A model generated the notes under the pieces. The model had not been told where the DNA came from and did not search any database. It saw nothing but the letters and a program-made list of their open reading frames with translations. From Candidatus Iainarchaeum sp. (GTDB lineage Archaea; Iainarchaeota; Iainarchaeia; Iainarchaeales; Iainarchaeaceae): a stretch of DNA of 15,914 nucleotides. The stretch lies in NCBI GenBank assembly GCA_043812975.1, contig JBDRLP010000011.1:1-15914 (forward strand), read 5' to 3'. Shown in pieces: positions 14,936 to 15,914 of the stretch. Made by a program: the position numbers and the translations under genes. Numbering within the stretch: the stretch's first letter is position 1; each line of letters opens with the position of its first letter.

Positions 14936-15478
14936 ATGCCTGGAAAAGCAACTGCCAGAAAGCTAGGGAGATTATCAATTCAATCTATTGCAACAAAAAA
15001 TGCTGATTATCATGTGCATCAGCACAGAGTTTTGTTTAATGGTAAAGATATTGGTTTTGTTGAACGTGGCCACAGAAGAATTGATGTTGAGTTTAGGCAG
15101 GCTGGAATTTTTTCAGGAGCAATGCATCAGCTTGAAGCTAATGAAAGAAAAATTTTTAAAAACGGAGATTTTCATGAGTACCGAGAAGAAATTTTAGCAA
15201 GGCTGTTGTTTGTTTACAAAGGTGAAAAAGCAAAAGAAATTGAGGATCATTTGCTCAAAGTTTCCCACCCCATACATATTGATTATGCTTTGCAACCATC
15301 AGTAGGATTAGCTCTTTTGAGAAACAATTATTCATTAATCCCTCCTAGTAGAGAATTATTAGAAGCTAGAGGCTTAGAAAAAAATGCAGATGCTGAAGCA
15401 ATTGCAAGATTTCTTAAACAGCAAAGTGAACTAAAAACAAGAGTTATGATGGTGTTTGAAAAACCAGGCATTTACTGA
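14936..15478 (+). CDS. Hypothetical protein with a degenerate GNAT acetyltransferase-like motif A
   Basis: NGKDIGFV ... IDVEFRQAGIFSGAMHQLE resembles G..VG ... V.PE.R..GIG..L...E; basic N-terminus MPGKATARKLGRL. Confidence 0.55.
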   Translation: MPGKATARKLGRLSIQSIATKNADYHVHQHRVLFNGKDIGFVERGHRRIDVEFRQAGIFSGAMHQLEANERKIFKNGDFHEYREEILARLLFVYKGEKAKEIEDHLLKVSHPIHIDYALQPSVGLALLRNNYSLIPPSRELLEARGLEKNADAEAIARFLKQQSELKTRVMMVFEKPGIY

Positions 15479-15485
15479 AACCAGT

Positions 15486-15914
15486 TCAGTAAGAATTCTT
15501 TTTACTCGGAAACTTTCCTTCCCGAACTTCGTCCGAATATTGTTTCACTGCATTTACTGCTTCTTTTTCAAGATTCGCGTATTGTTTCAAAAATTTTGGT
15601 TTGAAATTATTCGGGTTTAAACCTAACAAATCATGAAAAACCAGAACCTGTCCAGAACAATATTTTCCCGCACCAATTCCGATTGTGGGAATTGAAATTT
15701 CTTCAGTAATTCTCTTTGCAATTTTTTCAGGAACCAATTCCAGAACAATCAATGAACAACCTGCTTTCTCAAGCTTTTTTGCATCACGAATAAGTTGTTT
15801 TTCTTTTCGATTTACTTTTGGTTTTCCGCTTTGAGGAAGATAACCCAAATGACCCATAACATTGATTTTATTTTTCACAAGAGTTTCAATTACTTTGATT
15901 TTTGTTCCTTCAAG
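15486..15914 (-). CDS. panB: 3-methyl-2-oxobutanoate hydroxymethyltransferase, C-terminal part (5' end beyond window)
   Basis: Frame open to the window end (LEGTKIKVIETLV...). VMGHLG..PQS, IVLELVP, IPTIGIGAG...GQVLV.HDLLG, PKF.K.Y, GKFP. Confidence 0.95.
   Translation of the reverse strand, partial: LEGTKIKVIETLVKNKINVMGHLGYLPQSGKPKVNRKEKQLIRDAKKLEKAGCSLIVLELVPEKIAKRITEEISIPTIGIGAGKYCSGQVLVFHDLLGLNPNNFKPKFLKQYANLEKEAVNAVKQYSDEVREGKFPSKKNSY

Noticed and set aside
1..15914. CRISPR array, tRNA/rRNA, IS or integrase
   Set aside because: Intergenic gaps are all under about 200 bp, with no regularly spaced repeats, cloverleafs or transposase/integrase motifs seen by eye.

Overview
AT-rich archaeal chromosomal segment. 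It encodes TFB, an HMf-type histone, eS8, Cgi121, Hef and an archaeal-type Cmk, and many start codons have a TATA box about 20-32 nt upstream. The compact layout and orphan style suggest a DPANN lineage, possibly Iainarchaeota/Diapherotrites (inference only). Other housekeeping genes: metallopeptidase (partial), nth, a DUF1858-HesB/IscA fusion with an FNR-like reductase, scpB, Hsp20-like, rnhB, a RAD55/KaiC ATPase and panB (partial). Stand-alone orphan genes are interleaved among them. The main signal is a bacterial-type sigma-70-like gene (4514..5520) under an archaeal TATA promoter. It is split by a -1 frame change across three slippery heptamers, lacks the WW melting dyad and carries an Arg-rich repeated N-terminal leader. 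Three more orphans (glycine-zipper/coiled-coil, kinase-like, GNAT-like) share basic N-termini, which raises the hypothesis of a dispersed set of exported, host-directed effectors. No CRISPR, tRNA, rRNA or mobile element was seen.
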